From IMG/VR virus record IMGVR_UViG_3300037854_000066, positions 1 through 42,977 of that record: a stretch of DNA of 42,977 bases; one strand, 5' to 3'. The translations under genes were made by a program, and so were the position numbers. This document shows positions 17,067 through 26,297 of the stretch, in pieces. The first letter of the stretch is position 1, and each line of letters starts with the position of its first letter. Origin of the DNA: a virus (lineage: Duplodnaviria > Caudoviricetes). The notes below the pieces were generated by a model. The model did no database searches, was not told where the DNA came from, and worked only from the letters and a program-made list of their open reading frames with translations.

Positions 17067-17486
17067 ATGAATTACCTGGTCAAAACACACAAATTCGGAA
17101 CGCGGTACAAGGGGCCGCACTTCTTCGTCCTCAATCGTGGGCGCAATACAGGGAAAGTCCTGCATCAAGAATGCCCTAACTGCTGGGTGATTCAAACCGA
17201 TGAAGAAGAGACTGCCGAGCGACTGCAATACATCATCGGAGCTCTTCATATGTCTCATAAGATCCGGCGCATGCTGATCGGCTCGGTGATCATGTATGTG
17301 CGAATCTCAGACTTCAGAAAACTGCTGAAGAGCTACACCACGATTATCCAATTTGATGAGAAGTGGGATGCTGATTTGATTGCAATCCGAGAGGCCATCA
17401 AGCTACGCGATACCTATCTGCAGCAAAGGAAGCTCTTGGACATGCTATTGCAGGTTCGATATTACAATTTACTAAAGGGGCTTTAG
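17067..17486 (+). CDS. Conserved hypothetical protein, recalled as DUF6943-like
   Basis: HFFVLNRGRNTGK...CPNCW...LIGSVI motifs; family name from memory. Confidence 0.65.
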   Translation: MNYLVKTHKFGTRYKGPHFFVLNRGRNTGKVLHQECPNCWVIQTDEEETAERLQYIIGALHMSHKIRRMLIGSVIMYVRISDFRKLLKSYTTIIQFDEKWDADLIAIREAIKLRDTYLQQRKLLDMLLQVRYYNLLKGL

Positions 17487-17498
17487 GCCTCTTTATTT
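17473..17498 (+). terminator. Intrinsic terminator
   Basis: TAAAGGGGC...GCCTCTTTA followed by TTT. Confidence 0.65.
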
Positions 17499-17533
17499 GT
17501 CCGAAGCCTTGCAATTGCAAGTAATGATATTCG
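17498..17533 (+). promoter_or_regulatory. Candidate late promoter TGTCC-N23-GATATTCG
   Basis: Heads the packaging operon; spacer contains the palindrome TTGCAATTGCAA. Confidence 0.6.
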
Positions 17534-17536
17534 GAC

Positions 17537-18178
17537 ATGCTAGAAGAATTGCAATCGATACTCCATGACTTTGACTATGGCCGGGCATTGGCTTGGTTTA
17601 AGAAACATGTGTCCGGGAAGTTCTTTGTCAAAGAACTTCTCGATAAAGGAGAAGACCCCTATAATCGAAAGAAGCTCATTGAAGAGCTGCGTGCTATAGA
17701 GGAAGGGATGATTCCTAAGGAATCACCACTCGACACTCTACACTCTACACCTGAGGTGCATAGTTCAGAGCAAAGAGTGCTGAGTGAACCAGTTGTAGTC
17801 ACTAGTGCACCACCTACCCTATCAGAAGCCCTTCTGGATGAGCAATGGAAACCACTTTACAAGGAGGCTAATCACTACTTTGAGACGATTGGATTCTTAC
17901 CTACTCCGGAGGAGCGGAAAGAAGCTGCTTTCAAGATATTGGACTTGATGGATGAGGTGGAGCGGATTTGGGATGAGAAAGAGTTTGTCCGTAAGCATGG
18001 GCAGCGGCCAGACTTTCCCGATCAGGGGATCGAAAGCCTGACTACTGCCCAGATGGTGACTCGGATCAATACATTGCGCAGCTATATCTCCAAGGCTAAC
18101 AAAGGCAAGCTGAAGAAAGAACGGATCCCTGAATGGGAGGCCGAAAAGGCAGAGCTGGAAAGGAGGGTCCGAGGATGA
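17537..18178 (+). CDS. Hypothetical helical protein, first gene of the packaging operon
   Basis: 213-aa ORF with ATGA overlap. Confidence 0.75.
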   Translation: MLEELQSILHDFDYGRALAWFKKHVSGKFFVKELLDKGEDPYNRKKLIEELRAIEEGMIPKESPLDTLHSTPEVHSSEQRVLSEPVVVTSAPPTLSEALLDEQWKPLYKEANHYFETIGFLPTPEERKEAAFKILDLMDEVERIWDEKEFVRKHGQRPDFPDQGIESLTTAQMVTRINTLRSYISKANKGKLKKERIPEWEAEKAELERRVRG

Positions 18179-18768
18179 GCCTATTCAAGATCAAGGATCT
18201 GTCATCCAAACCCGCTGTCAAACCCCTTTCGCCTAGCGGACTCAAGCAGTCTGCCAGCGGAGCGCACAGATTGGGCAAATCACTGATTGACCTAGAGCGA
18301 ACCATCGAGGAGCTCGTGCCCGACCAAGCCCTGCAGTTTGCAACCGCAGGACGATGGTCTATGCACCAGCTCCTGGAATATCTGCTTCGAAAGACCGGGC
18401 CGTGCCGCGTTTGGATGACAACCTGGACTATCACAGAAGAACCTATGCGAGCACTACTAGGAATGATTACCGATGGGCTCATCCTGGAACTCAATGCCGT
18501 GCTAGACTATCGAATCGAACGAAGAAAGCCCGAGGCCTTTCAGTTAGCGAATTCCATCATCACCCGAATAAGACTCACAAAATGCCATGCGAAAGTATTG
18601 GTATTGGAAAATGAGAATTGGTCTGTAACGATCCTGGGATCAGCCAACTTCTCCAAGAATCCACGAATCGAAGCAGGGGTAATATTCTCAGATAAAAAAT
18701 CAGCTGACTTTCATAAAAAATGGATCAATGATGTGATCGACGGAAAGGAGGTATGGCGTGCTAAATGA
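18175..18768 (+). CDS. Phospholipase D-superfamily (single HxK) nuclease-like protein (start ATG 18175)
   Basis: CHAKVLVLE...ILGSANFSKNPRIE. Confidence 0.8.
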   Translation: MSLFKIKDLSSKPAVKPLSPSGLKQSASGAHRLGKSLIDLERTIEELVPDQALQFATAGRWSMHQLLEYLLRKTGPCRVWMTTWTITEEPMRALLGMITDGLILELNAVLDYRIERRKPEAFQLANSIITRIRLTKCHAKVLVLENENWSVTILGSANFSKNPRIEAGVIFSDKKSADFHKKWINDVIDGKEVWRAK

Positions 18769-19006
18769 GGAACAACAAAGCGAGATAGAAGAACTAGCAG
18801 GCTATTTCTTCACCGAAGATGAAGTGGAAGAGATAAGTGGAATCTCAAAGAATGCCCAGGGATTTAAAAAAGCATTTCGAAAAGGAAGCTTGATAGCAGA
18901 GGCAGAGATAAGGAAATCAATTATCGAACTAGCCAAAGCAGGCAGCAGCCCTGCCCAGACTTTAGCCTGGCGAATGCTAGAATCTCAAAAAAGAACTGAA
19001 TACTGA
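18758..19006 (+). CDS. Small helix-turn-helix-like protein (terminase small subunit candidate)
   Basis: IEELAGYFFTEDEVEEI...LAKAGSSPAQ; position in packaging operon. Confidence 0.6.
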   Translation: MLNEEQQSEIEELAGYFFTEDEVEEISGISKNAQGFKKAFRKGSLIAEAEIRKSIIELAKAGSSPAQTLAWRMLESQKRTEY

Positions 19007-19650
19007 TGGGAACGAATAATTCAGAACATAATAATGTCCTTCAAAACCGGGTTGGAGAAAAGCCTATCCGAGAGCTGACGCTTCGCACGGATGTAGAGAA
19101 GATTATTCTCTATTTCCAAGGGAAATTGAGTCATCATAAGCTTTCGGAGGCTTTGGAGCGCAAGATCAATCGCATGAAGCAGACAGCTGAGCTGATCACC
19201 AAATATGGGGGCGCAAAGAAGGTAATCCCTATCCTTCAGGAACTCTTCGAGATATCCTTCTCGCAAGCTCGAAGGCTATATATCGAGACGCAGGAAGCCT
19301 TTGGTGAGGTGACACACTTTAACCGGCAGTTTCACATCGATACCTACATCCAGATGCTGATTGAAGGAGCCAACCAGGCTAAGAAAGCAGGAGACTTTCG
19401 CAGCTATTCAAGTTTGATGAAAGAGTATAAAGAGGCGATCAAGGAATTCATGGGCACAAACGAGGCCGATATCTATAAAAGATTGCAAGTACCCGAGTTT
19501 CAGCTTGGATTCTTCCCTGAGGAATTGAAAATCAAATTACCGCAGAACTTCAAATCCAAACTAGAGAAGCTAAAAGAAGCTAAGCGAAAGGATGAAATCG
19601 AAGATGCAATCATACTAGAGCCAGAGGCACATGAAGAAGATCCACTATAA
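19006..19650 (+). CDS. Helical protein, terminase small subunit candidate
   Basis: Immediately upstream of and overlapping terL; FEISFSQARRLY HTH-like segment. Confidence 0.6.
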   Translation: MGTNNSEHNNVLQNRVGEKPIRELTLRTDVEKIILYFQGKLSHHKLSEALERKINRMKQTAELITKYGGAKKVIPILQELFEISFSQARRLYIETQEAFGEVTHFNRQFHIDTYIQMLIEGANQAKKAGDFRSYSSLMKEYKEAIKEFMGTNEADIYKRLQVPEFQLGFFPEELKIKLPQNFKSKLEKLKEAKRKDEIEDAIILEPEAHEEDPL

Positions 19651-21253
19651 TCCTCCCCAGCTCGAGTACTCGCTGATCCGTCCGCAAATCGGGACCTGCA
19701 TTTGGGGGCGTGGTACCGGGAAGACAGAAGGACCAGGAGCAGAATTCACAGCCCGTAATGCAATCGATATGCCCGGAAGCTTGGGCGGAATTGTGTCTAT
19801 TACCTATGACAAGCTTCTCAATATGATCATCCCAGCCCTTAAAGTAGGCTGGGAAAGGATGGGGTTTAAGGAGAATGTGCATTACTGGATCAGGAAGGCT
19901 CCGCCCGAGGAATTGCAGATTCCGAAGGCCTACAGGCAGCCAGATACCAATCAGCATTTGATTAAGTGGTGGAACGGCTCAGCCATGCTCTTGATTTCGC
20001 TTGATCGTATTCATATCTCCAATGGAGCTTCACTTGCATGGATCTATGCTGATGAGGTGAAGTTCTTCCCCAGGGAAAAGTTCAAAGAAGTGCTCTTGAC
20101 CTTGAGAGGCCAAGCACATCTCTATGGTGAGCAAAGCTGCTGTGAATCTATGCTATTGACTACGGATCAGCCAAGGCCCAAGATGCCAGGGGATTGGGTT
20201 TATGATTTGGAAAAAGAAAGTGATGAAGAAACTGCGCGAGTGATCCTTGGTGTGCAATATGAAATCTATCAATTACGCGAGGAGCAAATCAAATCCAAGA
20301 GTAAGAAACGAATAAAGCAGATTGAGAAGGAAATTCAAGGATATCTTGATGACATCAATCTCCTGCGAAAGGGATTGAATTGGGTAAGTCGAGCGAGCAC
20401 CTTAGACAATGTACATGCTCTTGGATTGAAGGTCATCGAAAATCTAAAAGTCAGCCTGACGCCATATGAATTCAGCCTATCGGTATTGAACAAGAAACCC
20501 GATAAGGCCGAGGATGCTTTCTATCATTTGCTTTCGGATGATAAGCATGGATACTATGCACCAAATATCGAGTTTATTGATTCGATTGATTTGGAGTATG
20601 GCAATAGCCGGCGCGATTGCAGATGGGACGCTGACTTGGATTACAACCTACCCCTTGAAATCGGATGTGACTACAACAGTGCCATTAACTGGGTGGTGAT
20701 TGGTCAAGAGAAGGAAGAGAGCTTTGATATACTCAACTCCATGTATGTACTAAAGCCCAAGAAGATCAAAGACCTTGTGAAGCGGTTCGATCGATACTAT
20801 GCAGAGAAGAAGAAGGTAAACAATACAATTATCTATTACTATGACCATACTGCAATAGGTGAGAATGCAAAGGATGATATTTCCTTTGCCGATGAATGGA
20901 TTAATGGCCTGACTACACTAGGCTGGAATGTGCAAGGGGTGTACACACATCAAAGCCCAACACACAGAAGTAGATTCTTCTTGTATGAAAAGATCCTGGC
21001 AGGAGACAAAGAGCTGAAACCATTCAGAATAAACCTGAGCAACAACATAGACCTAATGATTAGCCTGAAGGCTACGCAGACAACCAAGGATAGAAAGGGG
21101 GACTTTAAGAAAGATAAGTCATCCGAGATCAAGAAGGGAGTAGCACCAGAACACGCCACCCATGGGGGCGAAGCACTCGACACACTCATCTGGCCAAAAT
21201 ATAGAGACCAAATCAAAGGGGGCTCATCCTATCTGATGGCAGGTGCAGGATAA
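19631..21253 (+). CDS. terL: Terminase large subunit
   Basis: GRGTGKT Walker A, WIYADE Walker B, LLTTD, IGCDYN and THGGEALD RNase H-like nuclease motifs. Confidence 0.88.
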   Translation: MKKIHYNPPQLEYSLIRPQIGTCIWGRGTGKTEGPGAEFTARNAIDMPGSLGGIVSITYDKLLNMIIPALKVGWERMGFKENVHYWIRKAPPEELQIPKAYRQPDTNQHLIKWWNGSAMLLISLDRIHISNGASLAWIYADEVKFFPREKFKEVLLTLRGQAHLYGEQSCCESMLLTTDQPRPKMPGDWVYDLEKESDEETARVILGVQYEIYQLREEQIKSKSKKRIKQIEKEIQGYLDDINLLRKGLNWVSRASTLDNVHALGLKVIENLKVSLTPYEFSLSVLNKKPDKAEDAFYHLLSDDKHGYYAPNIEFIDSIDLEYGNSRRDCRWDADLDYNLPLEIGCDYNSAINWVVIGQEKEESFDILNSMYVLKPKKIKDLVKRFDRYYAEKKKVNNTIIYYYDHTAIGENAKDDISFADEWINGLTTLGWNVQGVYTHQSPTHRSRFFLYEKILAGDKELKPFRINLSNNIDLMISLKATQTTKDRKGDFKKDKSSEIKKGVAPEHATHGGEALDTLIWPKYRDQIKGGSSYLMAGAG

Positions 21254-21467
21254 TTTCAACACTTCAATATAGGGGGCGCAAATCACATACGGCGCAATTG
21301 CTAGCCCTGCAATTGCACACGGACGACAGGGCGGGTCGGTGGTCGATTGTTTCACGTCGCGTTCCGTCTTTCTAACTAAAGCCGGAACGCGGTGAAAATC
21401 AACGGTGTGGAAAAATAAAAATGGAAAAACTCACTCGTTTTTCAACATTTCAAAGGCCACTATTTCT

Positions 21468-21503
21468 TGTCCTATCCAGCTCAAGGATTTCCCCGCATCT
21501 TTC
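21468..21503 (+). promoter_or_regulatory. Candidate late promoter TGTCC-N23-CATCTTTC
   Basis: Heads the portal/lysis operon. Confidence 0.6.
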
Positions 21504-21508
21504 AGCTA

Positions 21509-21829
21509 ATGATTAGACTGAAAGATGCGCTGAAACTCATGGACCGCCTCGATCATCGAGGCAAGCCCATTCCTTTCAGCCTGAGCTTCGTCACTGCTGA
21601 CCGCAGACGAAACTCAGGCGGGGAAATCCTCTCGCTGGAAGGGTGCATCCTGAGTAAGCACAACAAACAACTGCCGCAGCATGCACGAAGGGTAGACGGA
21701 TTTGGGGGCTCTCGGAAGCCTGCAAGTCACGAAAATGCCACCCGTAACATCCAGACTCCTGACGGTAGTATCAAGAAGGTCCATATCAGATTGATCAAGG
21801 TATTCAACGGACAGACAATCATATGGTAA
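21509..21829 (+). CDS. Conserved phage hypothetical protein (start ATG 21509)
   Basis: FSLSFVTAD...GG...HENATRNI...KVHIRLI..FNG. Confidence 0.75.
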   Translation: MIRLKDALKLMDRLDHRGKPIPFSLSFVTADRRRNSGGEILSLEGCILSKHNKQLPQHARRVDGFGGSRKPASHENATRNIQTPDGSIKKVHIRLIKVFNGQTIIW

Positions 21830-23172
21830 GTAATCCCGATGGCTCACTCGTGTACTTCGAAGGGCCGATGCTCTTCACCGCTGGACAGCAGACTCAGCCA
21901 ATAAAAACGCCTCCATCCAAGACGGAGGAAGCTGAGCAGGATGTCATTGCTGACTGGGGTGAGGAAAACAACTTTCCTGAGAAAGCGCGCAAAGCAAAGG
22001 AATCCAACCCAGATCTGGGTTCTGCCCTGGACTGGAAAGCCCGTGCACTCTACGCCGGTGGAATTGGCTATACAATCAAAGACCGGGCAACCGGTGAGCC
22101 TGCCTCAGTAGGCGCAAACGATGTGCGATCACTTGCCTATAAGATTGATCAGTTCATCTTTCGAAATCGACATTATCCGCTTCAGGCAGCGATCGACTTC
22201 TATGATCTATTCAATGTCTTTCCGGAGGTGATCATCTCGGATGACCGACAGCGAATCGAACGCATCACTGCCCTGGAAGCCAGAAACTGCCGATACAAGC
22301 GCAGAGACAAGCAAGGGAATCTCTCTAAGGTCCTAATCCATCCCGACTGGATGGAATGGGACAGCACCGAGAAAGACCCTAAGCTGCGCAAGATCGAACT
22401 TCTGGATCCGCTTACTGCTGATCCGGACAAGATCAAAGCTGACAAGGGTAAAACCCTTCGCTATGTCTATCCTCTCTCCTATCCTACCGGACGCAACTAT
22501 TATCAACTGCCTCACTGGTGGTCTGTGAAGGTTTCCAAATGGCTGGACTTCGGCAATATGATCCCGACCGTCAAGGAAACTATTCTCAGGAATATCGCGC
22601 TGATCCGCTATCACATCCAAATGCCGGACTACTGGATGAGTGAGAAGTACAAGAACTGGAACTCGATGACGGATGAGGAGAAGAAGAAGGCGACGGAGAA
22701 GGAATTTAAGATTGTGAATGACGTACTGACCAAGCCTGAGAATGCCGGGAAGTCCATCTTCACGATGTACAAGATCGTGAACGGCATGGGCAAGGAGTAC
22801 GGCGGCTGGAAGATCGAGGCGGTGGATGATAAGATGAAGGACGGTGCCTTGCTGGCTGACTCTTCGGAGGCAACGATCAAAGTATTCTCTGCCACTTCAA
22901 TAGATCCTGCGCTCCATGGACTGATCCCCGGCAAAGGCGGATCCAACCGCTCCGGATCTGATAAGCGCGAGGCTCTGAATATCTATATGAGCCTAATCGA
23001 AGCACACGAACACATCCTACTCGATCCATGGAACTTCGCAGCCTGGTACAATGAATGGAACTCCCCCGACTTTGAGGTGAAGTTTCACTTCCGCAAGCCA
23101 CTGCTGCAGACGCTGAACCAAGTCACACCGTCACAACGTGACACAATCCCTGCTGAAGATGTTGATCAATAA
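21823..23172 (+). CDS. Portal protein (probable)
   Basis: 449 aa; WGEENNFP, YYQLPHW, ENAGKS, SGSDKRE; located downstream of terL. Confidence 0.78.
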   Translation: MVSNPDGSLVYFEGPMLFTAGQQTQPIKTPPSKTEEAEQDVIADWGEENNFPEKARKAKESNPDLGSALDWKARALYAGGIGYTIKDRATGEPASVGANDVRSLAYKIDQFIFRNRHYPLQAAIDFYDLFNVFPEVIISDDRQRIERITALEARNCRYKRRDKQGNLSKVLIHPDWMEWDSTEKDPKLRKIELLDPLTADPDKIKADKGKTLRYVYPLSYPTGRNYYQLPHWWSVKVSKWLDFGNMIPTVKETILRNIALIRYHIQMPDYWMSEKYKNWNSMTDEEKKKATEKEFKIVNDVLTKPENAGKSIFTMYKIVNGMGKEYGGWKIEAVDDKMKDGALLADSSEATIKVFSATSIDPALHGLIPGKGGSNRSGSDKREALNIYMSLIEAHEHILLDPWNFAAWYNEWNSPDFEVKFHFRKPLLQTLNQVTPSQRDTIPAEDVDQ

Positions 23173-24148
23173 TACCGACGAACTGAAAGAATACATTCCG
23201 GCGTCTGTGACGCTGGAATTTGCTGATATACGGCCGAAAGTCAGGCTCGTAGAGCGTGAGATCATTCAACGAATATTCTCAAACGCTGTCTACGAACGCC
23301 TCACCACTATTGGAGCGCCTACCGCTCAGGACACTGCGCTCAAAGCTCTGCTGGCCGAGTCGGTAGCGCACCTGGCCTTATTGGACTATCTGGCATTTGG
23401 GCAAGTGCAGATCAACTCAGCCGGGGTGCAAATCGCTTCCAATGATCAGATGAAGACGGCCTTCGAATGGCAAATCGACGAACTCAAAACCCAATGCTCC
23501 CGCCAAGGCTGGTCTGCGATCGAGTCTGCACTGGAATACTGCGAGACCCTACCCAATGGGGAGCTCAAAAACCTTTGGATACAAACTGAAAGCTATACCA
23601 CCAACCAATCCCGACTGCTGCCGACGCTTCGCAAGTTTGAAACCTATGTGAACCTGGGGCACAGTCGGGTACTCTTCAACAAGCTCCTGCCGATCATCAA
23701 TGAGAAGCAGGAGGAAGTGATCCTGCCGGCTGTGGGAAAGGCATTGTTTGACAAGCTGGTGAATCCAGCCGCTGAGCAGGATGAAGATAAGAAGACGGCA
23801 CTGACCCAAGCCCATCGCCTGGCATCGCGTGCGCTGGCTTACATCACGGTAGGTGAAGGATTCCAGGACTCCATGCTGATCCTATCGGACAATGGCCCGC
23901 TGGTGATCAATGGCATGCAGTCCAGACTGGCCAAGGCCAAGCAAACAGCCCCGACTGAACTGGTGCAGGCGATCGCTGCCAGCCATCAGAAGCGAGGAGC
24001 AGGAGCTTTGCGTGAGCTGATCGAGTACTGCCAGAGCCAGTCAACTGTCCTAACGGAATATCAGGAGTCAACGAACTTTATCTCAAACGCTGACCAAACT
24101 GAACATATTCCACGAAACGACCCCGACTGGGGCATAGCCTTCTTCTAG
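23159..24148 (+). CDS. Head completion/adaptor-like protein, recalled as DUF6712-like (start ATG 23159)
   Basis: Two internally similar helical halves; follows the portal. Confidence 0.6.
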   Translation: MLINNTDELKEYIPASVTLEFADIRPKVRLVEREIIQRIFSNAVYERLTTIGAPTAQDTALKALLAESVAHLALLDYLAFGQVQINSAGVQIASNDQMKTAFEWQIDELKTQCSRQGWSAIESALEYCETLPNGELKNLWIQTESYTTNQSRLLPTLRKFETYVNLGHSRVLFNKLLPIINEKQEEVILPAVGKALFDKLVNPAAEQDEDKKTALTQAHRLASRALAYITVGEGFQDSMLILSDNGPLVINGMQSRLAKAKQTAPTELVQAIAASHQKRGAGALRELIEYCQSQSTVLTEYQESTNFISNADQTEHIPRNDPDWGIAFF

Positions 24149-24151
24149 ACC

Positions 24152-24457
24152 ATGACTTTAGACACTTCGATTCCAGTATGGGGAATCATGCTCTTTATTC
24201 TTCCTTTCATCCTCACTGGACTATTCTCGCTCTTCAAGATGTGGCGAGATCTACAGCAGCACAGCCGGGACATTCATGAGCTATCGGAAGATCAGCAGGA
24301 AGTACGCCAGCTGATCGAAGACAAGAATGAGAAAACCCTGGCAGAAATCAAGAAGCTAGAGGTAGCATTTACCCTTCAGAAGGAAAGTCTGGTAGAGATC
24401 AAGACATTACTCAACCTCATCCTACATAACCGCATCCGCCATGAAGACAACTCTTAA
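24152..24457 (+). CDS. Single-TM coiled-coil protein (holin/antiholin candidate)
   Basis: N-terminal hydrophobic helix, then heptads; upstream of the lysin. Confidence 0.6.
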   Translation: MTLDTSIPVWGIMLFILPFILTGLFSLFKMWRDLQQHSRDIHELSEDQQEVRQLIEDKNEKTLAEIKKLEVAFTLQKESLVEIKTLLNLILHNRIRHEDNS

Positions 24458-24824
24458 GAATATCTGGACCCGACTCAAATCATGGCTGGAACGCTGGCCG
24501 GAAACCTGGGCCGAACCGCTCGGAATAGTCTTGTTTCTGGCAACTATCCCACTATTCAACTGGATGCTATCCGCATCCAGAGCACCTGAGATGATGACGC
24601 TGCAGAACATCATCATCACCGGCATCGAGATCGCCGCAATCAATGCGCTGGCCTTTATCGGTATCCTGCTCAACTTCTCAGTCATCTATGACTGGTACAA
24701 GAAGAAGAATCCTCTGAAATCTGACTGGCTCAAACTCGAACCCTGGCAACGATGGCTCACTTTCATCCTACTGTATTTGGGATTCTTCTTGGCTGGTTCC
24801 TTACTCTTTGCCAGCCTGCAATAG
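24441..24824 (+). CDS. Multi-pass membrane protein (holin candidate)
   Basis: Three hydrophobic segments; adjacent to the lysin. Confidence 0.6.
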   Translation: MKTTLKNIWTRLKSWLERWPETWAEPLGIVLFLATIPLFNWMLSASRAPEMMTLQNIIITGIEIAAINALAFIGILLNFSVIYDWYKKKNPLKSDWLKLEPWQRWLTFILLYLGFFLAGSLLFASLQ

Positions 24825-25387
24825 GCCAGCGAAGCTTTGGACCCGAATCAAGAGAATATTCCCCTGCTCCCAGCATCCGTAAGGAAGTGGCCGCGATCTA
24901 TCATGCCGAAGTAGGCACGCTAGAGATCGGTCGCAACAATCACGGACCCGGACCCAAGAAATACCTGGCATCCTGTGGACTGGATGAAGGCTTTGCCTAT
25001 TGCGCATGCTTTGTCAAGTGGGTGCTCGAAGCCTGTAGCATTCCCACCAAGGGTGGAAATGCCTGGTCTCCAAGTTGGTTTCCGGAGTCACGAGTGATTT
25101 GGAGGAATGGGAATGTAGTCAATCACGAGACTGCTTCGCTCCCTTCGTCCGCTCGCAGTGACGGAAAGCCACAGCAAGGAGATGTGTTTGGGCTTTATTT
25201 CAGCAAGCTAGGCAGAATCGGACATGTGGGCTTTGTGGATCAATGGGGTGGTCCAAGGAGCGACGACTGGGTGTATACGGTAGAAGGAAACACCAACGGC
25301 GAAGGATCCCGTGAGGGTGACGGCGTGCATGCCAGGCGCCGACTCAAACGAAGTATTCACCTGGTAGCTAACTGGATCGATCGATGA
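24752..25387 (+). CDS. CHAP-domain endolysin
   Basis: YCACFVKW (Cys), GHVGFV (His), TVEGNT; hydrophobic N-terminus. Confidence 0.85.
   Translation: MAHFHPTVFGILLGWFLTLCQPAIGQRSFGPESREYSPAPSIRKEVAAIYHAEVGTLEIGRNNHGPGPKKYLASCGLDEGFAYCACFVKWVLEACSIPTKGGNAWSPSWFPESRVIWRNGNVVNHETASLPSSARSDGKPQQGDVFGLYFSKLGRIGHVGFVDQWGGPRSDDWVYTVEGNTNGEGSREGDGVHARRRLKRSIHLVANWIDR
25127..25162 (+). repeat. REP-like core in-frame inside the endolysin
   Basis: GAGACTGCTTCGCTCCCTTCGTCCGCTCGCAGTGAC = ETASLPSSARSD. Confidence 0.9.
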
Positions 25388-25902
25388 AAGTACGTGCATT
25401 TCTATTCCTCTATTTCCTCATCCTGCTGGCCAGTGTCCTGCTGACAAGCTGTGATGTGACCAAGAATATCTTTCGCAAGAAAGAGAAAGAGAAAACAAAC
25501 CAAAGCACCGAAACCGAAACATCCGTCCGTCAGCAACTCACTGATGATTGGTCGCGCATTCACACTGCACTATTTCACCGAAATGGGCAACTCTGGATCG
25601 AGTTTGACTCGATTGCTCAGATTGATCTCACGCCCAGCGGAATGAGGGCGATTGGCTATAACCCAGTCATTCACGGGCAGGTGCAGTCATTTGGCAGAGA
25701 CTCGACGAAGGAGGAAAGATCCACTGTACTGCTGATCGAGCAGGACAGTGTGACCCGACAGGAGAAGCAAAGCGAGTCAGAGCGTCAAGAATTCAAGAAA
25801 GAGAAAGAGCAAAAGAGCCAGAAGATAGCCCCGATTCTAGTCCTCGGGCTATTGCTGGTGATTGCCTTGATTTATGGAGCAAAACAATTCAAACTATTCT
25901 AA
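25384..25902 (+). CDS. Unimolecular spanin-like lipoprotein
   Basis: Lipobox LLTSC plus C-terminal TM helix, directly after the endolysin. Confidence 0.65.
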   Translation: MKVRAFLFLYFLILLASVLLTSCDVTKNIFRKKEKEKTNQSTETETSVRQQLTDDWSRIHTALFHRNGQLWIEFDSIAQIDLTPSGMRAIGYNPVIHGQVQSFGRDSTKEERSTVLLIEQDSVTRQEKQSESERQEFKKEKEQKSQKIAPILVLGLLLVIALIYGAKQFKLF

Positions 25903-25904
25903 CC

Positions 25905-26294
25905 ATGAGAAAACTACTCAACCTCAGCCTGATCCTGTTGACTGCTACCGCACTGCTATCAGGATGCAACCTTGGCAAGACCGTGACGGTCAAAGACACC
26001 GTCAAGCAGGTCATTGCCACCACTGCCGACTACTATGACTTCTATATCCCGGGAGTCGGTCAAGGCACTGTGAAGGATTACAAAGGGATCATCTCATCCA
26101 ACTGGGATGACAAGGATCTTCTGATCGACATTGTGCCGGCTGTAGACAAGGCAGATGCCGGATACTTTGTGATCCGCCCTGCTGCAGGGATGCAGAGCGA
26201 CACCGCTTTGGCACCGAGTGCCAGTGCTGAGTCCTCCCTATCGGTACCGATCGGGCAGCTAAAACATGCCACATCGAAGCGAAGAGGCAACTAA
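25905..26294 (+). CDS. Lipoprotein of unknown function
   Basis: Signal peptide with lipobox LLSGC. Confidence 0.7.
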   Translation: MRKLLNLSLILLTATALLSGCNLGKTVTVKDTVKQVIATTADYYDFYIPGVGQGTVKDYKGIISSNWDDKDLLIDIVPAVDKADAGYFVIRPAAGMQSDTALAPSASAESSLSVPIGQLKHATSKRRGN

Positions 26295-26297
26295 ACC

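Noticed and set aside
16134-17258. ORFs 16134..16349 (-), 16862..17053 (+), 16902..17258 (-) and 15947..16264 (-) sharing peptide strings
   Set aside because: The shared peptides are simply translations of the hairpin repeat; no coding signals
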